Part shown: piece by piece, positions 26,710-35,509 of the stretch
How the letters are laid out: each line of letters starts with the position of its first letter
Numbering within the stretch: the first letter of the stretch is position 1
IMG/VR virus record: IMGVR_UViG_3300050821_002136
Coordinates: 32,001 to 96,000 of that record
Strand: one strand, 5' to 3'
From: a virus
DNA: 64,000 nt
Notes under the pieces: generated by a model
What the model was told of the DNA's origin: nothing
What the model saw: only the letters and a program-made list of their open reading frames with translations
Database searches by the model: none
Program-made: the position numbers and the translations under genes

Positions 26710-27162
26710 ATGCCGAATACTACGCAGGAAACGCAAGTGAAGACTGGGAACTCTCAATCACCTTCTACCCCACAGAAGACTGGGCGTACACGGCCTACAT
26801 CACAGGGCTCCCGGTTTTCTACTGGGACGAAAAAAGACAAGCGTGGGAGCAGCAAGTACGCCCAGAAGTCCCGAGGGAATAAATTCGTAAATTTAGTACG
26901 AAAGCCCCAGGGTCCCGTCAACACGTACACGAGTGTGTGCTGCTCTGTACCTGCTACTAAGACTCCATGCATTGCTGTCAGCAAGAAGGACGCACTGGTA
27001 CAGGGCTTAGGGAAGTTCCGCTGCTCCGCGTGCAAGAAGAGGTGTAAGGTCACTGTGAGCAAGTTCAAGGCTCCCGAGTCATTAACGAAGGATGGCTGGA
27101 AGCCCAGTGACGAAGTAAAACCCGGAGAAGAAGTGATTGCGGAGGTCAACAGTGCTGGCTAA
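26710..27162 (+). CDS. Basic hypothetical protein with Zn finger
   Basis: AAGGAG RBS; SVCC...CSACKKRC. Confidence 0.65.
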   Translation: MPNTTQETQVKTGNSQSPSTPQKTGRTRPTSQGSRFSTGTKKDKRGSSKYAQKSRGNKFVNLVRKPQGPVNTYTSVCCSVPATKTPCIAVSKKDALVQGLGKFRCSACKKRCKVTVSKFKAPESLTKDGWKPSDEVKPGEEVIAEVNSAG

Positions 27163-27385
27163 GATCCACCTGAAAACTGCCTGCGGTTGTACTAGGGTGT
27201 TCTTCCAACCTGTAGACACTGTACCCAGGCAAGTGCATATACCGCTACGTGCCACAGATGTAACCTACCCTTTCGGTGGCCCTTTAAAATCGGTTTACGA
27301 CAAACGTGCTTTCTCTGTGGTGGAAGGACTGTGGAAATCTACTCGTCGTATTGAACTATGGTGTGAGGAGATTGTCAATGTCTAA
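27152..27385 (+). CDS. Hypothetical protein
   Basis: GGAGG with GTG start. Confidence 0.55.
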   Translation: MLAKIHLKTACGCTRVFFQPVDTVPRQVHIPLRATDVTYPFGGPLKSVYDKRAFSVVEGLWKSTRRIELWCEEIVNV

Positions 27386-27524
27386 AAATGATAAGGAATA
27401 TTGGGTAGGAGTACTGTGCATTGTCTTCTCCCTTGTGTTTGCAACGAGCAATTCTTGGCTGGCTTTAAGCTTTGCTGTTCTGGCTGTTGTAATTCTAGGA
27501 AATTTGCTGAGGAGGATTTTGTGA
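27378..27524 (+). CDS. Small two-TM membrane protein
   Basis: AGGAG RBS; two hydrophobic segments. Confidence 0.6.
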   Translation: MSKNDKEYWVGVLCIVFSLVFATSNSWLALSFAVLAVVILGNLLRRIL

Positions 27525-27916
27525 GAAGGACCGTAGAAAATCTCGTAATATGGCTCAGCATTCTCGTCCTAGCTTTATTCCTAGCAGTTGCTTTCATGGT
27601 CTCTTTAGGGCATGCCTCGACTACTAAGGCACGACCAAACTCCCTAGGGGCTCCTCAGTTTTTTGACAACCCATACACGTACCTCTTCGGACTCCCTATC
27701 GAAGGCAAGTACGTGGACGGCAACCTCAACCTCAGAGTGCAGCCCTATGCTACTGCTGAGTTGTTTGATGAGTCAGTGCTGTTTTGTGGGGACGTGTCCG
27801 TAGCGTTCGAAGGCAAGAAGGGTCCGCTCGTGATCACATACCGTACACAGGCAGGACGCATGGTCCAAGGTATTGGATGCCATGAACTCCTGAGTGTCTT
27901 CGAGGTGAAACCATGA
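27521..27916 (+). CDS. Membrane-anchored or secreted protein
   Basis: AGGAGG with GTG start; N-terminal TM; Cys pair. Confidence 0.65.
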   Translation: MRRTVENLVIWLSILVLALFLAVAFMVSLGHASTTKARPNSLGAPQFFDNPYTYLFGLPIEGKYVDGNLNLRVQPYATAELFDESVLFCGDVSVAFEGKKGPLVITYRTQAGRMVQGIGCHELLSVFEVKP

Positions 27917-27958
27917 GCCCGTCCGTGAGAAGGAAAAAAATTTTCGGAGGAGATTCAC

Positions 27959-28399
27959 ATGGCAATTGACAACATCATCGACCAACTCAAAAGAGACGAA
28001 GGCCTACGCTTAGACGTTTACATGGACACCGTGGGCAAGCGCACCATCGGCTACGGCCACAACCTTGACGCCAACCCTATACCCGCATTGGTGACTCCTA
28101 TCAACGAGACTCTAGCGAGTCAAATCCTAGGTGTAGACGTAGAGCGCATCTCTAGATTCCTCGTGTCTCAGCTGCCTTGGGTAGTAAGCCTAGACGATGC
28201 GCGTCTTGGCGTCATGCAGAATATGAGCTTCAACCTGGGAGTCCCGGGACTATTGCAGTTCCACCATGACTTGGCAGATACGCAGGCCGGTAACTACGAG
28301 CAGGCCGCTGCTGATATGAAAGCATCCAAGTGGTATACTGAAGTTGGAGACCGAGCTGTACGCTTGGTTGAACAAATGAGGAGCGGAATATGGCAGTAA
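27959..28399 (+). CDS. Endolysin, T4-lysozyme-like muramidase (GH24)
   Basis: DEGLRLDVYMDTVGKRTIGYGHNL (E-8-D-5-T triad), NMSFNLG, SKWY..VG.RA. Confidence 0.92.
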   Translation: MAIDNIIDQLKRDEGLRLDVYMDTVGKRTIGYGHNLDANPIPALVTPINETLASQILGVDVERISRFLVSQLPWVVSLDDARLGVMQNMSFNLGVPGLLQFHHDLADTQAGNYEQAAADMKASKWYTEVGDRAVRLVEQMRSGIWQ

Positions 28400-28677
28400 G
28401 CACATGGTGGAAGGTAAACAAGTATGCGGTGGAAATCACTCCCGTAGGGGTAGTAAAAGAGACAGAAAAGTTTATCACCCTTGCTCCTACAGTGTGGTTT
28501 AAAAGAGAAATGCGTGTTGCCAAGTCTAACGAGTATTTCCCTACATTTGCTGCAGCACGTACATATCTTTTGGAACACTTTTCTAGGAACATGGAAAGTG
28601 CTAGACAGCAAATAACCACTTACAAGAAGTATTGGGACAAAGTCTTCCTGATGGAACCTCCTAAGGATACAAAATGA
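28390..28677 (+). CDS. Hypothetical protein
   Basis: AGGAG RBS. Confidence 0.65.
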   Translation: MAVSTWWKVNKYAVEITPVGVVKETEKFITLAPTVWFKREMRVAKSNEYFPTFAAARTYLLEHFSRNMESARQQITTYKKYWDKVFLMEPPKDTK

Positions 28678-28820
28678 ACTGGGGGAAATTGGCAGCTATG
28701 GGAGGCCTTGGATGGGGCTTAGCAACGTCCTTGGGTTACCTTGTCTACGGAGATTGGCGCAAAGCTTTGTACTTTTTCCTAGGAGCTGCAATTACTGCGG
28801 TCGTTATATGGCTGCTGTGA
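28674..28820 (+). CDS. Small two-TM membrane protein (48 aa; holin candidate)
   Basis: AAGGA RBS; MNWGKLAAMGGLGWGLATSLGYLVYGDWRKALYFFLGAAITAVVIWLL. Confidence 0.55.
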   Translation: MNWGKLAAMGGLGWGLATSLGYLVYGDWRKALYFFLGAAITAVVIWLL

Positions 28821-28833
28821 GAAAGGAAAACCC

Positions 28834-29127
28834 ATGCTAGACGGAGAGAAGATCAATCACGCACTCAAGACGGGTACCATGGATGACATGGGCACACGCA
28901 TGGAGCACCTAACACAGCTCTATGAGCTTTGGAAGACTGGGCTGGATGTCATAGAACGCTTCGATAAGAACAGTCCTTTCTACGAAGAAAGGAAGCAAGA
29001 ACTTGAAAGTGCCTTGAAGTTGCTGGCTTATCATTTTGAGAAGGACTACTCAGAAAATTCCTACAGGCAAGCGGTAGATACCCTTCCTGCAAACGCAGAG
29101 GACTTCAAGGACCCGGAGAAATCATAA
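28834..29127 (+). CDS. Hypothetical protein
   Basis: AAGGA RBS. Confidence 0.65.
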   Translation: MLDGEKINHALKTGTMDDMGTRMEHLTQLYELWKTGLDVIERFDKNSPFYEERKQELESALKLLAYHFEKDYSENSYRQAVDTLPANAEDFKDPEKS

Positions 29128-30149
29128 TGAGCACAGCTGGAACGCAGCGCAAACTCGACATCACGCAGAGCAGCAAGCTTTATGCACAACTAGCCAAGGA
29201 CTTCTCAGCTAAGATCGTAGGCCAAGAGGAAGCTACTCAGGCCCTTCTGAATATTGTTGAGTCCCACCAAGCAGGCTTCTCGGATGCCAGCCACCCCGCT
29301 GGCGTAGCTCTGTTCCTCGGTCCAACAGGCACTGGCAAGACGCTAGTGGCTGAGACCCTGGCCGCATCCTTACTTGGTAGCAAGCTCGCCTGCCTGCGTA
29401 TTGACTGCGCTGAGTACCAGCACGGACATGAGATCGCCAAATTAGTGGGATCTCCCCCGGGATACTTGGGCCATCGTGAGACGCACCCGCTGCTGACACA
29501 GGAAGCACTTAACCAGTGGCACACGGACAAGATGAAGCTTTCCATTCTTCTCTTCGACGAGATCGAGAAGGCCAGTGATACGCTCTGGGCTTTGCTACTA
29601 GGCATCCTCGATAATGCTACGGTGACCTTAGGAGACAACCGCAAGGTTAACTTTAGCAATGTGATCATTGTCATGACAAGCAACCTCGGCGCACGTAAGA
29701 TGTCTAGTCGTGACATAGGATTCATGGACCCATCCGAAGAGACTGACAACGCTCGCATGGAGACGCAGGCCAGGAGCGCAGCAAAGAGCAAGTTCTCACC
29801 TGAGTTCATGAATCGTTTGCAGTCCATAGTGGTCTTCAAGACTTTGTCCGAGGAGCAAATTGAGAACATCCTTGAACTTGAATTGAAGGCGCTAGAGTAT
29901 CGCTTGTTCATGGTCAGCAAACCGTTCTTCACCATAGCCGTATCACCTAAAGCCAAACGTACGTTGCTGGCTGAGGGCTACGACAAGGCCTACGGTGCGC
30001 GGTATCTCAAACGCACTATCGAGAGACGCATACAGCAGCCGCTGGCAAGACTAGCAGCCAGTGGGCAAGTAGCAGAGCACGACAAAATCATCATTGATGA
30101 CCTCGGAGACAAGAGCTTCGAGTTCTACGTACAGGGGAGAAACTTATGA
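29127..30149 (+). CDS. Stand-alone ClpA/ClpB D2-type AAA+ ATPase
   Basis: IVGQEEA, GPTGTGKT, LVGSPPGYLG, LLFDEIEKA, MTSNLG, FSPEFMNRL, YGARYLKR. Confidence 0.92.
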   Translation: MSTAGTQRKLDITQSSKLYAQLAKDFSAKIVGQEEATQALLNIVESHQAGFSDASHPAGVALFLGPTGTGKTLVAETLAASLLGSKLACLRIDCAEYQHGHEIAKLVGSPPGYLGHRETHPLLTQEALNQWHTDKMKLSILLFDEIEKASDTLWALLLGILDNATVTLGDNRKVNFSNVIIVMTSNLGARKMSSRDIGFMDPSEETDNARMETQARSAAKSKFSPEFMNRLQSIVVFKTLSEEQIENILELELKALEYRLFMVSKPFFTIAVSPKAKRTLLAEGYDKAYGARYLKRTIERRIQQPLARLAASGQVAEHDKIIIDDLGDKSFEFYVQGRNL

Positions 30150-30367
30150 CCAAAAAGAAAATTCTAGGGTACATCGTGTACAGCAGGTTTGGCGTTAAGA
30201 TGCTGGGAGAGTTTAATGTTCTTTGGTTAGACGCCTCGGCTACTCTGTTTAAGAGCAGAGGGAGTGCAAAGGCCGCTATAAAGCGTTCCGAGAAGTACGC
30301 AGCATCACGGTTCTACGGCACAGATGGACCGTGGTTCAACAACGAGATCATGCCAGTCACAAACTAG
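30146..30367 (+). CDS. Hypothetical protein
   Basis: GGGAG RBS; last gene of the + arm. Confidence 0.6.
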   Translation: MTKKKILGYIVYSRFGVKMLGEFNVLWLDASATLFKSRGSAKAAIKRSEKYAASRFYGTDGPWFNNEIMPVTN

Positions 30368-30371
30368 GCAC

Positions 30372-30436
30372 AAAAAAATAGCCCCAAGCATTCACTCAGG
30401 ATCTTCTCTGGGTGGTGCTTGGGGCTATTCGTGTTT
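30372..30436. terminator. Terminator hairpin at the convergence of the two arms
   Basis: AATAGCCCCAAGCA (30377-30390) pairs with TGCTTGGGGCTATT (30416-30429). The A7 run on the left is the U-tract for the - strand. Confidence 0.85.
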
Positions 30437-30442
30437 CTGGGG

Positions 30443-31162
30443 TTAGATCTTGTGTCCTACGTACGCTCCGGCCGCAAACGCTGCGGCTGTCTTCATGCCG
30501 CCGAGGAACTTCTGCCACTTCGAACGCACGGCCAATTTCTTGAATCCGGCAATGTCGGCCTGGGCCTTTGTATTCAATAGCTTGCATTGATTTAGATCAT
30601 TAGAAAGGCTGAGATTGGTGCCGTTTAAGAGGGAAACCATGGATTTCTCATCAGCAAGATCGGCCGAGGCCTTGTCAAATCCTACCTTAGCTTCCACAGT
30701 AGCCTGTGCCTGGGGCACGCTGAGCGATACTTGTCCCCCCGGGGTAGCCGTGGCCTGCCCGAAGGCTGGGTTCTTGCTGTAGGCCGTCGTTACCGCTCTG
30801 GCAACCGTCTCAGCTGTGGCGTCTGGAAGCAATCCTGCCTGGACCTCCTTGGGAAGGGGCTCAGCATTCCTGTGGGCTATCTGAGCCTCCAAGGAAGCAA
30901 TCTGAGTGGCCTGCGCGGCACGCTCTGCGTCATGTGCGCTCAGCTGATCCATGAAGACCTTGCGGTCCTGATTGTACTGAGCATCCTTGACTTCCTGACG
31001 TGCAAGCTGAGCATCAAACGCTTTGACTCCGAGGTATCCACCGAAGCCCATGAGAACCAAGAGAAGAACTAGGGTCCCCACTAGCGCATAGGAAAAGCTA
31101 AGGTGCCTATGCGCGAGTACTGAGACCTCGCTCTGTACTGCTGTGGTAACACTGTCTGCCAT
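30443..31162 (-). CDS. TM-anchored coiled-coil protein (i-spanin-like)
   Basis: N-terminal TM, Ala/Gln coiled coil, hydrophobic C-terminus. Confidence 0.5.
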   Translation of the reverse strand: MADSVTTAVQSEVSVLAHRHLSFSYALVGTLVLLLVLMGFGGYLGVKAFDAQLARQEVKDAQYNQDRKVFMDQLSAHDAERAAQATQIASLEAQIAHRNAEPLPKEVQAGLLPDATAETVARAVTTAYSKNPAFGQATATPGGQVSLSVPQAQATVEAKVGFDKASADLADEKSMVSLLNGTNLSLSNDLNQCKLLNTKAQADIAGFKKLAVRSKWQKFLGGMKTAAAFAAGAYVGHKI

Positions 31163-31171
31163 GAGTCTCCT

Positions 31172-31864
31172 TTATTCTACAAGTTTTGGTACATACGTAC
31201 GCGCTGCATCGAGGTGCTGAGCATCGAAGTTTAGAGAAAACCCAATGGCACTTGTATCTCCGTTGTCCTCTTCAGCAGAATACGTGACCAAGCCTACAAT
31301 TTCCCCTTTGGTATTGAATATGGCTGAGCCACTATCGCCATGGTCTACTTTCAGAGAATAGCAAGCCTCTCCAGCTGCCACGTCCAATTCGCTGTAGTCG
31401 TCACACTCAAGCACTTTACCGTAACGAGGAATGGCTGGGTACTCTCCTCGGATGTCTCCATAGATGGTGACGGTCTCTCCAACCATTGCGGCTTTGGTCT
31501 TCACTGTTTCGATGTGAGTGAACGGAGACCCGTAAAACAAGTAGATCACATGATCTCGGTTGTCAGTTGCGGAAGCTATGAGGATGTGCTTCTCTGTAGA
31601 GAGATCAAAGGATACCAACGTTCCTTCTCCAGATTCGTTACAATGTTCGGCCGTAAGAAAAGCGTTCGGCCCAATTGCTGTGCTTGTACAATCTCCTAGT
31701 TTCTTTCCCTTCTCATCAAAGAAGGTTACCATGTGGGAAGTACGTTGCTCTGTTGTGGGGGCTGAGTGTTTGTGAGTCTTGAAGTGAGGAACCTCGTGAG
31801 GTCCAAGGAGGAACAACGAGAGAAGTCCCACGGAAAGAAAATAGTAGAAGTCTAAGCGAGTCAT
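31172..31864 (-). CDS. Membrane-anchored trypsin-like serine protease
   Basis: CT...FLTAEHC, D, GDSGSAIFN..GEIVGL; N-terminal TM. Confidence 0.88.
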   Translation of the reverse strand: MTRLDFYYFLSVGLLSLFLLGPHEVPHFKTHKHSAPTTEQRTSHMVTFFDEKGKKLGDCTSTAIGPNAFLTAEHCNESGEGTLVSFDLSTEKHILIASATDNRDHVIYLFYGSPFTHIETVKTKAAMVGETVTIYGDIRGEYPAIPRYGKVLECDDYSELDVAAGEACYSLKVDHGDSGSAIFNTKGEIVGLVTYSAEEDNGDTSAIGFSLNFDAQHLDAARTYVPKLVE

Positions 31865-31944
31865 TTATTGGTGCTCCGAGTGAAATTTTACCGCCGAGGA
31901 GTTCCCAGCACTACTCCAGGAATACTACAGCGGCTGTCTTAGGA

Positions 31945-32646
31945 TTAAGCCAAAGCTGGGCGCTGCGTCGGAACCATTGAGAGCACCATGTCAAAGACAA
32001 AGAGCACCTCGTTCCGAAAGTCTTCAAGACTGCCAGTGTTTTTGATCACTGCTACCCACTGGTCGTCTGGTACATTTGCTAAGGCCTCCTCAGAAATATG
32101 TGCATTAGGAGACTTAATACTGGGCCTATCGACGCGGACTGCTTCGCCAAATTTCTGAGCCCACCTAAGCTCATTAGGAAAACGACAGTCTGAAATAAGC
32201 GCAACGGTCGGCTGATCCTTAGCAATCTGAGCTTCTACTTTTTTCACCCAGTAGTCCTCGTCCTCTTGACGCCTGAAGACACCCCAAAACTGCAAAAAAG
32301 TCCTCGACTTGCCAAGGGAACAATCGGGATCTTCTACGGTTTCATCTACGTCCCACTGCACCCACTCGGGGAGGGCCACGATAGTTCCATCAGTGTGAGC
32401 AAAGCCTGCATCAGGATAACGCAGACCGTCTGAGAACAAATTTCTCATTCCCCCGGACTTCAAAGCAAGTTCGGTTACCTCGGCCTTGAGGGCTTTGGCA
32501 AAACTATAGTGCTTGATGTCGTAGAGGACTGAGGGGTCATCAGCCATGATGGGGGTACCATGGCGATGCTTAATGATTGTTTGGCAAGCTTCATCCTTAC
32601 CTGACCTTGCGCGATGTCCAAAGGCCAACACTATCGCTGGCATCAA
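31945..32646 (-). CDS. Deoxynucleoside monophosphate kinase
   Basis: GHRARSGKD, SFAKALK, RTFLQFWG, YWV, ISDCRFPNE, HISE, I.N.GSL. Confidence 0.88.
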   Translation of the reverse strand: MMPAIVLAFGHRARSGKDEACQTIIKHRHGTPIMADDPSVLYDIKHYSFAKALKAEVTELALKSGGMRNLFSDGLRYPDAGFAHTDGTIVALPEWVQWDVDETVEDPDCSLGKSRTFLQFWGVFRRQEDEDYWVKKVEAQIAKDQPTVALISDCRFPNELRWAQKFGEAVRVDRPSIKSPNAHISEEALANVPDDQWVAVIKNTGSLEDFRNEVLFVFDMVLSMVPTQRPALA

Positions 32647-32816
32647 TGAGCCTTCTTTGGTGTCGTGGCCTTGCTTAGTTTGGCCTGAGCCTCTTCCAGG
32701 GACAGATCATAATTCCCGTCGCGGAATAAAGTTACACCAGGAATAACAACTTCACCCAGGCCATAGCTATAAGCCCTATCGCTCTGGGTACGGATTACAT
32801 ACTGAGTCGGTTCCAT
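32643..32816 (-). CDS. Small hypothetical protein (57 aa, MEPTQYVIRT...)
   Basis: Fills the gap between neighbours; GGAG RBS; not in the ORF track. Confidence 0.55.
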   Translation of the reverse strand: MEPTQYVIRTQSDRAYSYGLGEVVIPGVTLFRDGNYDLSLEEAQAKLSKATTPKKAH

Positions 32817-32819
32817 TTC

Positions 32820-34427
32820 TTAGGCTCTCCATTTTGATGCGTAGATTGTAATTATTGATCTCATACCGTTCGGGTACGTGACCGTATGACTGTGCGACCA
32901 ACTCGAAGGTCCGGCGTTGTACGACCAGCGCAATTGTGTGCTGGTACCACAGACGTAAAGGCCGTTCCAAATGCCTGCCGAATGTGTGTGTGCCGTGTTT
33001 GCCCTGCGTCCGATCTTGTTCAAGTTCTGTGGTGTGCCGCGTGCTCCGTTGGGGCCAAGGTGTCCGTGGATTCCACATTCTATCTTTTTGTTACAGATGG
33101 TATACGACTCATCGGTCCTCAAGAACTGGATCTCCTTAGACAGGCCATACTTCTGCAAAGACCACTCTAGCAAGTGAAAGCGTTCATTGCCTTCCACCAT
33201 ACCTTTGTAAACGGCCAATTGAGCCTCTAAGAAAAACATAGCGTTCTGTGGGTCATTGCGATAGTCGTGTTCTCTCAGCCAGCGCATGATCCAATTGTCA
33301 TGGTTGGAATCCACAACAATGGTTTTGCACCATGGACGACTATAAGCTTTCACTTTATCCATAGTTTGATGAAGTTCTTCTTCAACTTTGCTCAGGCCTC
33401 TGAGGTACACTTTGAACTTCTCATGTGCATCTCCCGCCGTATGGTGGTTCGTGCTGGCCCCTTCCATCACATCGTGCAGGAACTGTGTCTTAGGCTTTAG
33501 GTAATCCAACATCTCCTGAGAGAGCTTCTCTACCACAGGGTCAATGATCGTTGCGTGGAGATCTCCCCAGGTCACCGATTCAACTTTGTTGCCCGTAGTG
33601 ATCTTGCCATTCTCAGCGATGACATCCAGGTCCTGCAGCTGACAAGCAGTGCCTGCCGCGCCGACTTGACGTACCCACCAGTTGCCGTCTGCATTGACTT
33701 CCACAACCAAGCAGGAATAACTGTGATGATGCTCAGCTTTCAGTCCGGCTTTCTTTTGAATATAGTTCTGAAGCGTGACAGCTCCCGTCGTGTAGTTCAG
33801 TTTGGTGCCTTCCCCTTGCATAGTCGCAATGGAGCGCATGGCCAACTTGGCGTGAGGGAAGATAGAGGACTTCCTGTGCGTGTACGTTTCCAGACCCGAG
33901 AGAGGATCGTCAGCCGTGGGCAGCACATTCATTTCTCCACACCAGACTAAGCCTTCCCCAAGTTCTACTCGGGTGTCGCAAATGTAGGGCTCTACGGCCG
34001 GATCAAACCACAGTTCTTTCTCACGGATCTTCTTCGTCCCTCGCTTTACTGCCAGTTCACCGAAGGCGTTCTGATTGTAAGAAAAAGTCCCCACGAGTAT
34101 TTCAGCTTCGTAGTGCTTAGCCAGGGCCAGGAGGTTATTCCAGAACGCCTTATTGACAAATGTATTGTTCTGAGCCGAGGTGAGGATGTAGCGTTTGATT
34201 TTGTGCTTCGTCGGGAGTTTGGCTGGGGCTTCTACAATACCCTTCACAGACCCAGAGGCTATGGGCTTCTTAATGCCACCCATCTTTTCAATGTGATCAT
34301 GCACAGTGCCACGCGCTAGTCCCATCTCCCGGGCAATAGCCGTGACACTCCCGCCAGTTTGCTTATAGAGTTCCGCGATTCGTTCTCTCTGCAGTTCTCC
34401 GTGCTGTTTGCGTGCTTGAGTTTCCAT
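32820..34427 (-). CDS. HTH plus calcineurin-like metallophosphoesterase/nuclease (T5 A1-like)
   Basis: N-terminal HTH; YILTSAQNNT; GDLH, HD, SNHD, HGH and HTH metal motifs. The A1 assignment is from recall of the family. Confidence 0.72.
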   Translation of the reverse strand: METQARKQHGELQRERIAELYKQTGGSVTAIAREMGLARGTVHDHIEKMGGIKKPIASGSVKGIVEAPAKLPTKHKIKRYILTSAQNNTFVNKAFWNNLLALAKHYEAEILVGTFSYNQNAFGELAVKRGTKKIREKELWFDPAVEPYICDTRVELGEGLVWCGEMNVLPTADDPLSGLETYTHRKSSIFPHAKLAMRSIATMQGEGTKLNYTTGAVTLQNYIQKKAGLKAEHHHSYSCLVVEVNADGNWWVRQVGAAGTACQLQDLDVIAENGKITTGNKVESVTWGDLHATIIDPVVEKLSQEMLDYLKPKTQFLHDVMEGASTNHHTAGDAHEKFKVYLRGLSKVEEELHQTMDKVKAYSRPWCKTIVVDSNHDNWIMRWLREHDYRNDPQNAMFFLEAQLAVYKGMVEGNERFHLLEWSLQKYGLSKEIQFLRTDESYTICNKKIECGIHGHLGPNGARGTPQNLNKIGRRANTAHTHSAGIWNGLYVCGTSTQLRWSYNAGPSSWSHSHTVTYPNGMRSIITIYASKWRA

Positions 34428-35110
34428 TAGCTCCTCTCCTTGGAACGTTTCAATTGTTCACGCAAAGTGGCCGCTGTACATAATCTTAGCCTAGTCTCTT
34501 CGGATATGCGTGGCCGGTTTTTAGCAGCTTCCCTAAGACTTCGTTTGTGTTTGTCTGATAGAGGCTTACCTATTTTGGCTTCTCTCATTTTCTTTAAAGT
34601 CTCTTCTGCAAAACCGTGTCCCATATTGGATGCGCTGATCTTTTTACGTGTGATCTTTGAAACCTTATGCCCCTTAAGAGAAATGCTCAGCTTACGACAA
34701 GCCTCTTCGGACTTCTTTTTACCTAAATGGGCCTCTGAGTTTTTGCGTTTAGCTTCCTCAGAATGCTTTTTTCCTAGCATTCCATGGACGCGTCCTAAAG
34801 CAAAAGAAGCTCTTGTAGAGTCACTCATCTTCTTTCTGGTATTTTCAGAGAAACCCGCTGGACCTTCTCCTCCGTCAGTGAGGTTCCTCAAACATCCTGT
34901 GCCCAGGTCTTTTCTTCCGTAAAAAGCAATCCACCACTTTTCCATTTCAAACGCTTTTTCTTCAGACTCCCAATTCTGTACTAAAATCCTCGCTCTGTCT
35001 TTTGGTCTGTGTACTCCATGACCTTCGCTGATAAATGCCCGATCTCCTTTGCCTTTTCCTACGTAATAGGGTAGGGCATTTTCCCTGAACCATAAATAAG
35101 TATAAAACAT
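34427..35110 (-). mobile_element. GIY-YIG-like / NUMOD3 free-standing homing endonuclease
   Basis: FYTY...PYYVGKG...E...I..YGRKDLGTG.L.NLTDGGEG plus HSEEAKRK-type repeats. Confidence 0.85.
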
Positions 35111-35132
35111 AGAGTTTTAGCTCCTGTATAAA

Positions 35133-35161
35133 ATGCTACCACAGTTCAAAGGATAAGGCAA
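35133..35161 (-). promoter_or_regulatory. Sigma70-like promoter for the endonuclease-A1-dNMP kinase block
   Basis: On the - strand: TTGCCT, 17 nt ending in TGG, TAGCAT; AGGAG follows. Confidence 0.6.
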
Positions 35162-35164
35162 GGT

Positions 35165-35500
35165 CTATTTTCTAGAACGAGATCGAGGTTGTGGCAGAGA
35201 AGCAGCTCTTAAATACCCAGTCTGCTCTCGCAAATCAAGGCGCACTCCCTCTAAAGTCTCACATACTTTTCCTAACAGATCCACTTGGGTTTTACTATGG
35301 TCTTCAATGTGCACTAGATGGTTTTCGCGTTGCATTACGAGTTCTGCCTGGGTAGAATTGATGGCTTCCTTGAGAGAGGCCCATTCTTTCTTTGCTTTCT
35401 TAAATGGCCACACAATCAATCCTCCTAGCCCAGTGAGGGCCAAGCCGATAAGGGCCTTGGATACGAAGTGCCACAACACTGGTACGTCTTGTGCTTGCAT
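35165..35500 (-). CDS. Single-TM protein with coiled-coil tail (holin-like)
   Basis: N-terminal TM, basic C-terminus; sits at the end of the fibre genes. Confidence 0.45.
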   Translation of the reverse strand: MQAQDVPVLWHFVSKALIGLALTGLGGLIVWPFKKAKKEWASLKEAINSTQAELVMQRENHLVHIEDHSKTQVDLLGKVCETLEGVRLDLREQTGYLRAASLPQPRSRSRK

Positions 35501-35509
35501 TGGTTCTCC

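Noticed and set aside
1-30367. Claim that the phage lacks a DNA polymerase or SmpB
   Set aside because: Only part of the genome is visible.
30396-30587. Embedded o-spanin
   Set aside because: No signal peptide or lipobox.
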